The notes under the pieces are model-generated. The model saw nothing but the letters and a program-made list of their open reading frames with translations, was not told the origin of the DNA and did no database searches. A stretch of 64,000 nucleotides of DNA from Escherichia coli. GTDB taxonomy: Bacteria > Pseudomonadota > Gammaproteobacteria > Enterobacterales > Enterobacteriaceae. Position 1 is the stretch's first letter, and every line of letters begins with the position of its first letter. Below are positions 42,915 through 51,080 of this stretch, one piece after another. The stretch lies in assembly GCF_041248615.1 (NCBI RefSeq), contig NZ_CP158426.1, one strand, 5' to 3'. The translations under genes and the position numbers were made by a program.

Positions 42915-44339
42915 ATGTCTGAATTTGAATTGCTCGTGAAAGATCTTCTTTTAAAATCAGAAGAAGACGAGAAAAAGCGACAAGAAAAAGATCGAGAATT
43001 AATTTCAAAGGTTCTTGAAATCTATGATCAAAAATATGTTGCAGAACTCCTACGAAAAGTAGGAAAAAATGAATGGAGCAGAGAAACACTTAACCGTTGG
43101 ATAAATGGTAAGTGTAACCCTAAACAATTAACTTCTGCTGAGGAAACTTTACTTCGAAAGATGCTCCCAGAACCTCCCGAACATCATCCTAACTATACAT
43201 TTCGTTTTATTGATTTATTCGCAGGGATTGGTGGTATTCGTAAAGGCTTCGAAAATATTGGTGGGCAGTGTGTTTTTACTAGCGAATGGAATAAAGAAGC
43301 GGTAAGAACCTACAAAGCTAATTGGTTTAATGATGAACTAAATCATAAATTTAATCTTGATATACGAGAAGTCACTTTAAGTGATAGAGATGATGTTTCC
43401 GAAATGGAAGCCTATAATCATATAGACAAAAATATTCCAGATCATGATGTCCTTCTGGCCGGTTTTCCATGTCAACCCTTTAGTCTGGCTGGGGTAAGCA
43501 AGAAAAATTCTCTGGGGCGTGCACATGGTTTTGAATGTGAGGCACAAGGAACACTATTTTTTGATGTCGCTCGAATTATTAAATCAAAAAAACCAGCTAT
43601 TTTTGTGCTTGAGAATGTGAAGAACCTTAAAAGTCATGATAAAGGTAAGACTTTTAAAGTCATCATGGAAACACTCAATGAATTAGGGTATGAAGTCGCC
43701 GATGCTGGTGTGACTGGCTCAGATGATCCTAAAATTATAGATGGAAAACATTTTTTACCCCAACATCGTGAGCGTATAGTGTTGGTAGGATTTCGTAGGG
43801 ATCTAAATATTCACAAGGATTTCACGTTACGAAATATTAACCGCTTTTACCCTCAAAACAGGCCAACATTTGGTGAATTATTAGATCATGATGTTGACGA
43901 CAAATATATTTTGACTCCAAGGTTATGGGAATATCTTTACAATTATGCAAAAAAACATGCAGCAAAAGGAAATGGATTTGGTTTTGGTTTAGTGGATCCT
44001 AAAAATCCAGATAGTATCGCACGAACGCTGTCTGCTCGTTACCATAAAGATGGCTCTGAAATACTGATCGATCGTGGCTGGGATAAGGCTGTCGGTGAAA
44101 TCGATTTTAGTAATCCAGCGAATCAAGAGAATCGACCAAGAAGACTGACACCTCATGAATGTGCCAGGTTAATGGGTTTTGAAAAACCAGGGGGAAGACC
44201 TTTTAGAATACCTGTATCAGATACTCAAGCTTATAGACAATTTGGGAACTCAGTTGTTGTGCCAGTATTTGAAGCTGTAGCAAGATTACTAGAACCGTAC
44301 ATACAAAAGGCTGTCAGCATGCAAGTTATTAACGATTAA
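42915..44339 (+). CDS. DNA cytosine-5 methyltransferase, M.EcoRII/Dcm family (predicted CCWGG specificity)
   Basis: Motif I FAGIGG, motif [10 protein letters not shown], motif VI ENV; near full-length match to recalled M.EcoRII/Dcm; AT-rich. Confidence 0.9.
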   Translation: MSEFELLVKDLLLKSEEDEKKRQEKDRELISKVLEIYDQKYVAELLRKVGKNEWSRETLNRWINGKCNPKQLTSAEETLLRKMLPEPPEHHPNYTFRFIDLFAGIGGIRKGFENIGGQCVFTSEWNKEAVRTYKANWFNDELNHKFNLDIREVTLSDRDDVSEMEAYNHIDKNIPDHDVLLAGFPCQPFSLAGVSKKNSLGRAHGFECEAQGTLFFDVARIIKSKKPAIFVLENVKNLKSHDKGKTFKVIMETLNELGYEVADAGVTGSDDPKIIDGKHFLPQHRERIVLVGFRRDLNIHKDFTLRNINRFYPQNRPTFGELLDHDVDDKYILTPRLWEYLYNYAKKHAAKGNGFGFGLVDPKNPDSIARTLSARYHKDGSEILIDRGWDKAVGEIDFSNPANQENRPRRLTPHECARLMGFEKPGGRPFRIPVSDTQAYRQFGNSVVVPVFEAVARLLEPYIQKAVSMQVIND

Positions 44340-44363
44340 TAATAATTAACTTTCACTATTGTG

Positions 44364-44386
44364 AGGCCTTTTTTATTAAAGGCCTC
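44364..44386. terminator. Bidirectional hairpin between convergent methylase and endonuclease genes
   Basis: gaggcc-ttttttattaaa-ggcctc. Confidence 0.55.
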
Positions 44387-44426
44387 TAAATATATAATCA
44401 TAAGTTATTATAAGTATACTTTTATA

Positions 44427-45632
44427 TTATACAAAATCTTCATACAGCGTTATTAACTGTGTGATAAAACCCTCTAACGTTAATAATCCCTCCCTGATTT
44501 CCTCCGGATATTTTTTATGAAGAGGGGAAGGTACAACCAAGGTGACACCTTCAGCTCTCATTTCGTTAAATTGAGCAACTGAGACACCCTCTTGTAAGGT
44601 AAACAAATATATTTTGTTGATTTTATTTGCTTCATTGAGTGCCTGACGCCACCGATCCTTACATGTTGTTTTTACAGCAAGCATACGGAGTTTTTCTCTT
44701 GGAAAGTGATCATCATGGTAAGCTGCCGCTGATGGAAAAAGAAAATCGGGTTTCTTTTTTCCTTCAGTAATACATTGAGTAGCAAAATGATGCAGTCCAT
44801 GCTCAATAAAAATTTGCTCAAGATGTAGCTCCAGTGATTTCCCGGCTCGAGATTTTCTTCGATTACTAACAGAGTTAGCCATAGCTATAAAATCATCTAC
44901 AGAACCAAACCCTTGACGGATGATGTCCAGTACGTGAATTTCTTCAACCATTAGAAAGAGATCATATTCAATACGGCGGCGTTCTAAAAGTTGGTCATCT
45001 GGACTGGTTACGCCTGTTGGGTAATAACCCGCAGCATATTGAATAATCTCTAAGCCAGAAGGAAAGCTATGTTTCCAGCTTTCCGGAATAACATATTCCT
45101 TTTGAGAGATTTTTGGCCTTGATGCGAGTACACCAAGTATTTCACTGGCAGGCCCAAACATTAAAGTTCCAGGAATGATCTCCCCAATAGCTGATTCCAG
45201 TACATCCTCTTCTTCTGGGCTAACACAAACCCATACATCAACACTTTTGCTGTCTCTCCCTGGCTCATGTTCAAACGCAAGCACAGACAAAGCACCTGTA
45301 TTTTCCGGATCCTGTAGGGGACTGCCAGCCCCCCACCGAGTGATGCGTTTTTCATTTCTTGTTTGCCCGAAATACTTATTATTGTAGTAAATAGCGCGAA
45401 CCTCACTGTCTACACATTCATGAGAGGAATAAGTTGCGCGCAATAAAACCGAAGGATTTTTTTCTGACGTATGATCTATAGATGGGAAAAGTTCAGCGAC
45501 GATACCAGAAGGGATATATACCCCCACTTGATGCCCTCCTGTTGCACCAGTGTCGTTTGCTGAAAGACGTTTAATATAGAGATAGTTGTTACCACCGACC
45601 TTATCAAGCAGCCAATCTTGTAATCCTGACAT
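44427..45632 (-). CDS. Type IIE restriction endonuclease, EcoRII family
   Basis: 401 aa; N-terminus YIKRLSANDTGATGGHQVG and catalytic domain match recalled R.EcoRII closely. Confidence 0.9.
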   Translation of the reverse strand: MSGLQDWLLDKVGGNNYLYIKRLSANDTGATGGHQVGVYIPSGIVAELFPSIDHTSEKNPSVLLRATYSSHECVDSEVRAIYYNNKYFGQTRNEKRITRWGAGSPLQDPENTGALSVLAFEHEPGRDSKSVDVWVCVSPEEEDVLESAIGEIIPGTLMFGPASEILGVLASRPKISQKEYVIPESWKHSFPSGLEIIQYAAGYYPTGVTSPDDQLLERRRIEYDLFLMVEEIHVLDIIRQGFGSVDDFIAMANSVSNRRKSRAGKSLELHLEQIFIEHGLHHFATQCITEGKKKPDFLFPSAAAYHDDHFPREKLRMLAVKTTCKDRWRQALNEANKINKIYLFTLQEGVSVAQFNEMRAEGVTLVVPSPLHKKYPEEIREGLLTLEGFITQLITLYEDFV

Positions 45633-45728
45633 AAGACATCCTTATTTTTGCATAGTATCCGATTCAGATTTTTCCACATATCCATCAGAACGACCAGAAC
45701 CAACATATCTGAACAAAAAGTAAATATG

Positions 45729-45736
45729 CGATAACG
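45729..45736 (+). promoter_or_regulatory. Possible sigma-28 -35 element (TAAAGTTT) upstream of lfgM; -10 match weak
   Basis: Perfect -35 consensus, but downstream -10 (aaccgctt) matches GCCGATAA at only 4 of 8 positions. Confidence 0.25.
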
Positions 45737-45804
45737 ATTAAAGTTTTGCCGCCTGTTAACCGCTTTACCGGAGTAACCCACCTAAATACCGAGACGAGGT
45801 TGCG

Positions 45805-46080
45805 ATGAAAATCACCCCGACTATGCCAGGCAATCGCCCGACAGTCACAACGGCAGGCTCCAGCCAGCCGCGCAAAGGCACGGCGACCACCACGACGCTA
45901 AGCGCCGACGACATTACCCAGGCGGGATTGCAGTCTGCCCAGCAAACACTGAACGACCAGCAAGAGAGCGATATCGACAGCGATAAAGTGGCGCAAATGC
46001 AGGCGATGCTGGCCTCCGGCAGCCTGCAAGTGGACACCGAACAGTTAGCCAGCGACATGCTGAGTTTTTTCCAGAACTAA
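45805..46080 (+). CDS. lfgM: Anti-sigma-28 factor FlgM homologue
   Basis: 91 aa, conserved C-terminal sigma-28-binding region. Confidence 0.75.
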   Translation: MKITPTMPGNRPTVTTAGSSQPRKGTATTTTLSADDITQAGLQSAQQTLNDQQESDIDSDKVAQMQAMLASGSLQVDTEQLASDMLSFFQN

Positions 46081-46092
46081 GAGGCCGATGAA

Positions 46093-46521
46093 GTGAGTAT
46101 CCGGTTACAACAGGTGAAGGCGTTGTTGCAGGGAATTCGTGACGATGACGCGCTGTATGATTCCCTGCGCGAACTTCTCCAGCGTCAGCGGATCTGCATG
46201 ATTCGCCGCGCCAGCGAAGAGCTGCTGGCGGTAAACGAGGAGATAACCCATCACTATGAGCAGTTGCATGGGCATAGCCATCAGCGGCACAGCCTGCTGA
46301 AAATGCTTAATGTCAGTGTAAATCGTGACGGTCTGGCGCAGGTTTTTGCCTGGCTTCCGGCGGTACAAAAAGCGGCAGCACAACAGTTGTGGCAACGCCT
46401 TGAGCAAAAAGCGGAACGCTGCAAAGCCTACAACGACAAAAACGGCGAGCTGTTGATTCGCCAGTATGAATTTATTCAGTCTTTTTTAGGTAGCGAAGCA
46501 GATTTTCTCTATCAGGAATAA
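46093..46521 (+). CDS. lfgN: FlgN-like export chaperone (GTG start)
   Basis: 142 aa helical protein immediately after flgM homologue. Confidence 0.6.
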   Translation: MSIRLQQVKALLQGIRDDDALYDSLRELLQRQRICMIRRASEELLAVNEEITHHYEQLHGHSHQRHSLLKMLNVSVNRDGLAQVFAWLPAVQKAAAQQLWQRLEQKAERCKAYNDKNGELLIRQYEFIQSFLGSEADFLYQE

Positions 46522-46597
46522 CGCGAATACCTTCCCCATAGCGGAAATGGATTTTCCGCCTGATTCACAATCCTTTGTTTTTGATTATAAAAATTCC

Positions 46598-46613
46598 CGG
46601 CACGCTTATTGCA
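46598..46613 (+). promoter_or_regulatory. Sigma-54 promoter upstream of the unknown 311-aa gene and transferase gene
   Basis: CGGCAC-GCTTA-TTGCA with correct GG-N10-GC spacing; lies inside the ORF-track N-terminus, implying the real start is at 46648. Confidence 0.5.
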
Positions 46614-46647
46614 CATTCCGCAAAGTAATAAAGACTGGAAGCCACCT

Positions 46648-47580
46648 ATGAGTTTTATTGAATGTTACGAACCGGAATACGTGCGCAATTTTATGACGCA
46701 ATATCCCGATTCGCCTTTGTACATCCGCAAGGTGTGGAAAAACGAGATTCGCCAGAGCCTGATGCTGACAGAGCCAGAAAGCTGCGAAGCGGTGCTCAAC
46801 GATGCCAGGGCCTTTGATTTACAGCTCACCTACCGCCCGGCGGAAGATAATGCCGCAGAACTCTCCGCGCGCGATGCGATAGTAAACCAGGTCATTTTGA
46901 GCACCCTTACGCTCCCCGATTTACCCCCGGAGCTTTCACTGTACGCCGTCGGGATTTTGCTCTCCCGCGCCAGCAAAATGCCGGGCAGAGACGGAGATAT
47001 TCTTGCCCGCTTGACGACGCTGCCACAGGCGCTGGCCGATCATGCACAAAAAGGCACGCTACAGGCACAGTTCGCCCAGCTGCCGCCCGTGCCACAGCTG
47101 GCGCGCCAGTTGATGACGCTGCTCGGCAGTTGTGCGTTTGACTGGTCGATTCTGCCGGAAAGCCCGCGCAAAACTTCGCTGCCGTTGCAGATGCCTTTGC
47201 TGGCGCTACATGACGCCAACAGCGAAGCCCTGTTACAACAGCAGCTTCAGGCACAGTGGCAAACCACCTGGCAACAGCATTTTGCCACCGCGCCCTGGAT
47301 GATGCGTAACTGGCTGATTTACCGCGTTTACCATGAGGTGATTGGGCAGGCAGACGGAGCAGATTATTGCCCGCTGGTGTGCGATTTTTATCTTATCCGC
47401 ACGTTAATCAGTTTATGGACGCTGGATGGTTCTCCGCTGCGACAGGAGGATATTTTCGCCCTCTTTGCCATGTTTGAACGCTGGCGAGCCAGTGAAAATG
47501 CTGTGCTGATTCGCCAACAAATTCAGGCTGAACGTTCCGCAGATCCCCTGCTTTATGCGTTTTCACTGCTGTCTTGCTAA
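46648..47580 (+). CDS. Hypothetical protein (311 aa), no recognisable domain; start at MSFIECYEPE
   Basis: ORF with RBS ggaag 7 nt upstream; sits between flgN homologue and the large transferase gene. Confidence 0.5.
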   Translation: MSFIECYEPEYVRNFMTQYPDSPLYIRKVWKNEIRQSLMLTEPESCEAVLNDARAFDLQLTYRPAEDNAAELSARDAIVNQVILSTLTLPDLPPELSLYAVGILLSRASKMPGRDGDILARLTTLPQALADHAQKGTLQAQFAQLPPVPQLARQLMTLLGSCAFDWSILPESPRKTSLPLQMPLLALHDANSEALLQQQLQAQWQTTWQQHFATAPWMMRNWLIYRVYHEVIGQADGADYCPLVCDFYLIRTLISLWTLDGSPLRQEDIFALFAMFERWRASENAVLIRQQIQAERSADPLLYAFSLLSC

Positions 47581-47626
47581 CGCTTTTTGGCCGGTTTTCC
47601 CGGCCTTATCGACTTCGTAAACTATC

Positions 47627-50092
47627 ATGCAAACCCTCATCAAAACACTCGCCACCCAGCGCGAAAAACCGTTCGTCAGCGTCGTCACGCCCACATGGAA
47701 CCGTAGCGCATTCCTGCCGTACCTGCTCTATATGTACCGCTATCAGGACTACCCGGCAGACCGCCGCGAACTGGTCATCCTCGACGACTCGCCGCAAAGC
47801 CATCAGCACATCATCGACCGTTTGACCGATGGCACGCCGGAAGCCTTTAACATCCGCTACATCCATCATCAGGAAAGACTGCCGCTGGGCAAAAAACGCA
47901 ACATGCTCAATGAACTGGCAGTGGGGGAATATATCCTCTGCATGGATGACGACGACTACTACCCGGCAGATAAAATCTCTTACACCATCGCCATAATGCA
48001 AAAACACCGGGCGCTCATCTCCGGTTCCGACCAGATCCCCATCTGGTACAGCCACATCAATCGCATCTTCCAAAGCCGCAGCTTTGGCTCACATAACATC
48101 CTCAACGGCACCTTTTGCTATCACCGTAACTACCTGAAAAAGCACCGTTACGACGATGATTGTAATTTAGGCGAAGAGAAAAGTTTCACCAACAATTTCA
48201 GCGTTAACCCGCTACAACTGCCCGGCGAGCGCACGATTTTGTGTATCTCGCATAGCCACAACACCTTTGATAAAGACTTTATTCTCGGGGCCAGCACGCC
48301 AGTAAACGCGGCGCTTACGGATATCGTCCGCGATCCGCTGCTCCGCAACGCCTATCTGAGTCTGCATAACGCCACTCATCACCAGGCGATCAACCATCAG
48401 GCGATCGATCAGGTCGTACTGATCAATCTGGATAAACGCCCGGATCGCTTACAACAGATCCGTGAAGAACTGGCATTGCTGCATATTCCACCTGAGAAGA
48501 TCACCCGCCTTGCCGCCAGTGAAGATCAAAACGGCCAACGGGGACGACGCCAGTCGCACTTGCAGGCGCTGCGCCTGGCGCAACAGCACGGCTGGCAAAA
48601 CTACCTGCTGCTGGAAGATGACGCGGTTATTCTCAAGCAGGAAAAACATATTCAGGTACTGAACACGCTGCTGGCGAGCCTGGCGAAAATTCCCTGGCAG
48701 GTGATGATCCTTGGCGGCGAAATTTCGCAGGGAACGATGCTAAAAAGTTTGCCGGGGCTGGTGCACGCGCGGGACTGCCGCAAGGTGTGCGCTTATCTGG
48801 TGAACAGCCGCTACTACCCGCAACTGGCGCAGCAGATGAGCAACGATGAGCACTCGCTGGAAGAGTGCTGGCAGCCGCTGCTACACGCCGACAAATGGCT
48901 GGCCTGTTACCCGAGCCTTTGTTACCAGCGACCGGGCTTTAGTGATATCGAGAAAAAAACGACTGACAACATTGCTCACTATTTCAATAAGTTACCCGTA
49001 GCCACCAAGCCATCTACATTACCCATCGCCGATACCATCGGCTTTTTTATGGAAACCTCATTCCACTACGCGCTCTACCGCCCAATCATCACCGCTCTGC
49101 AGGCGCAGGGGCAGAGCTGTACGCTGGTGATCAATGACCGCGTATTTAAACCATTTCTGGATGAAATGCTGGCGACGCTAAAAAGCATTGACGATCCGCA
49201 GCTCAAAGGTATGCGCTTATCTGAAATGCAGGCGCACGGTCAGCGGGTAAAATGCCTGGTCAGCCCCTATCACACGCCCGCGCTCAGTGGCCTGGCAGCG
49301 GTGAACGTCCGCGCCATGTACGGCTTAGCCAAAGAGGCGTGGAACCACGCCGACTGGAATCGTTTTTACCAACGCATTTTGTGTTATAGCCACTACAGCC
49401 AGCAGACACTGGCGCATTTCGGTAGCGCAAAAGTGGTCGGCAATCCACGTTTCGACGCCTGGCATAACGGCACGTTTGCCCGCACTCTGCCGGAAAATAT
49501 TCAACCCGATTCCCGTAAACCTACGGTGCTCTACGCCCCCACGTTTGGCGCATTAAGCTCCCTGCCCCACTGGGCAGAAAAATTGGGGCGCTTAAGCGGT
49601 GATGTGAACCTGATTTGCAAACTGCACCACGGCACCTGCTCGCGCCCGGAAGAAGCTGCATCGCTGGCACTGGCGCGCAGGCATTTAAAACAGCGCACCG
49701 ACTCCGCCCGCCACACGCTGGCGCTACTGGCAAAGGCCGATTACGTGCTGACCGATAACAGCGGCTTTATTTTCGATGCTATCCACGTTGATAAGCGGGT
49801 GATCCTGCTCGACTTTCCGGGCATGAGTGAATTACTCGAAGGCGAGAAAAGCTACTCCACGCCGGAGAGCGCCGATCAGCAAATCCGCGAAATATTGCCG
49901 GTGGCTCATGATATGGCAGAGTTGCGTTACTTGTTGTCAGAGGCGTTTGACTGGGGGGCGGTGCAGGCGCGGCTTACGAAGATTCGTCATCACTATTGCG
50001 ATGCGTTTATGGATGGCAAGGCGGGAGAACGGGCGGCGATGGTGATTGTGGAGGCGCTGGCGGACAAGGAATCGTCAGGGATATGTCGATAA
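47627..50092 (+). CDS. Three-domain transferase: GT2 glycosyltransferase + GT25-like domain + TagF-like CDP-glycerol glycerophosphotransferase domain
   Basis: N-terminal DxD-containing GT2 (CMDDDDYY), central GT25-like (VVLINLDKRPDRL), C-terminal TagF/TagB-type motif (LYAPTFG). Confidence 0.75.
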   Translation: MQTLIKTLATQREKPFVSVVTPTWNRSAFLPYLLYMYRYQDYPADRRELVILDDSPQSHQHIIDRLTDGTPEAFNIRYIHHQERLPLGKKRNMLNELAVGEYILCMDDDDYYPADKISYTIAIMQKHRALISGSDQIPIWYSHINRIFQSRSFGSHNILNGTFCYHRNYLKKHRYDDDCNLGEEKSFTNNFSVNPLQLPGERTILCISHSHNTFDKDFILGASTPVNAALTDIVRDPLLRNAYLSLHNATHHQAINHQAIDQVVLINLDKRPDRLQQIREELALLHIPPEKITRLAASEDQNGQRGRRQSHLQALRLAQQHGWQNYLLLEDDAVILKQEKHIQVLNTLLASLAKIPWQVMILGGEISQGTMLKSLPGLVHARDCRKVCAYLVNSRYYPQLAQQMSNDEHSLEECWQPLLHADKWLACYPSLCYQRPGFSDIEKKTTDNIAHYFNKLPVATKPSTLPIADTIGFFMETSFHYALYRPIITALQAQGQSCTLVINDRVFKPFLDEMLATLKSIDDPQLKGMRLSEMQAHGQRVKCLVSPYHTPALSGLAAVNVRAMYGLAKEAWNHADWNRFYQRILCYSHYSQQTLAHFGSAKVVGNPRFDAWHNGTFARTLPENIQPDSRKPTVLYAPTFGALSSLPHWAEKLGRLSGDVNLICKLHHGTCSRPEEAASLALARRHLKQRTDSARHTLALLAKADYVLTDNSGFIFDAIHVDKRVILLDFPGMSELLEGEKSYSTPESADQQIREILPVAHDMAELRYLLSEAFDWGAVQARLTKIRHHYCDAFMDGKAGERAAMVIVEALADKESSGICR

Positions 50093-50106
50093 AATTCGAT
50101 TTTTTA

Positions 50107-50144
50107 AACATGTCGTTGGAATACGTTTATGCCATCGACATGTT
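50107..50144. terminator. Hairpin between convergent transferase gene and tagD-like gene
   Basis: aacatgtcg ... cgacatgtt 9-bp stem. Confidence 0.45.
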
Positions 50145-50236
50145 TTAGGGATATGTCGAAAAAACGCGATTATTTAAACATATTTAACATAGCCAAACGG
50201 CAGACGGCATCATCTTCTCTCACTACGGGAATTAAA

Positions 50237-50641
50237 TCAGTAGGTGGCTGATTTACCCCTAATCACCTCAATAATCCCCGTCGTCGATACCGACGGCGTA
50301 CGGGGAAAATAGACCACCTCACAGACACACGAGAAATCGTCAAACTTCCCTGCCCAGTCATCACCCATCACTAAAATATCCGCACCGTACCCCCGCAAAT
50401 ACTCCGCTTTCTGCTCCAGCGATTCCTCCAGAAATACGCCATCCACGCACGCCAGCCCGGCGATAATCGCCATGCGGTCATCCTGATGGTAAACCGGTGC
50501 CCTGCCCTTTTTGGCGATGTTCAGGGCGTCGGACGATACGCCGACCAGCAGCCGCTCGCCCAGCTTGCGGGCGCGTTGTAAAAGGCGCAGATGACCGACG
50601 TGAAACACATCGAAGGTGCCGAAGGTGATGACCGTTTTCAT
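50237..50641 (-). CDS. Glycerol-3-phosphate cytidylyltransferase (TagD-like), makes CDP-glycerol
   Basis: FGTFDVFHVGHLRLL (HxGH) and RTPSVSTTGI motifs; start at MKTVITFG two nt after lfiJ stop. Confidence 0.8.
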   Translation of the reverse strand: MKTVITFGTFDVFHVGHLRLLQRARKLGERLLVGVSSDALNIAKKGRAPVYHQDDRMAIIAGLACVDGVFLEESLEQKAEYLRGYGADILVMGDDWAGKFDDFSCVCEVVYFPRTPSVSTTGIIEVIRGKSATY

Positions 50642-50643
50642 CG

Positions 50644-51078
50644 CTACTCCGCTAATTTGTGCCGCAACCAGCACTGAACGGCGATGTCATCCACCGCTTT
50701 CTGCGCTTTCGCCGTGGCGCTTTCCTGCTGCTCGCGGCGTTTGTCGTCCAGCGTCAGGGCCACCACTTTCTCTTCGCACGCCGCCGCCGTCAGGTTTTTC
50801 TGCATTCGCGTGGCTTTGATGTTAGCCAGCGTTTTTTCCTGTTCCTGCCAGGCGATTACCTTGCGCAAAGTACCTTTGTAGCCGCTGACATTTTTCAGCG
50901 ATTCCACCGATGCCGCCGCGCCCGCAGACGTTTTCTCCACCAGGTAGCCTAATGCTTTGATATTGTTGTCATAGCCCGCACAAATCTGTTTTTGCTTTGC
51001 CAGCTCGACGGTTTTGTCTTTGACCGATTTATCCCGCAGGCGCTGCAACTGCGCCAGGGTGTCGATGATTTGTCGCAT
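50644..51078 (-). CDS. lfiJ: FliJ-like export-apparatus stalk protein
   Basis: 144 aa coiled-coil protein immediately downstream of fliI homologue. Confidence 0.6.
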   Translation of the reverse strand: MRQIIDTLAQLQRLRDKSVKDKTVELAKQKQICAGYDNNIKALGYLVEKTSAGAAASVESLKNVSGYKGTLRKVIAWQEQEKTLANIKATRMQKNLTAAACEEKVVALTLDDKRREQQESATAKAQKAVDDIAVQCWLRHKLAE

Positions 51079-51080
51079 AG

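Noticed and set aside
42728-45804. Mobile-element signatures (inverted repeats, target-site duplication, transposase or integrase) flanking the R-M block
   Set aside because: I could not find matching direct or inverted repeats at the two junctions nor any recombinase gene; the insertion mechanism remains unknown.
47589-47606. Small hairpin ggccgg-ttttcc-cggcc between the unknown gene and the transferase gene
   Set aside because: Short stem without a clear T-tract; could be an attenuator but equally chance; the two genes are probably co-transcribed.
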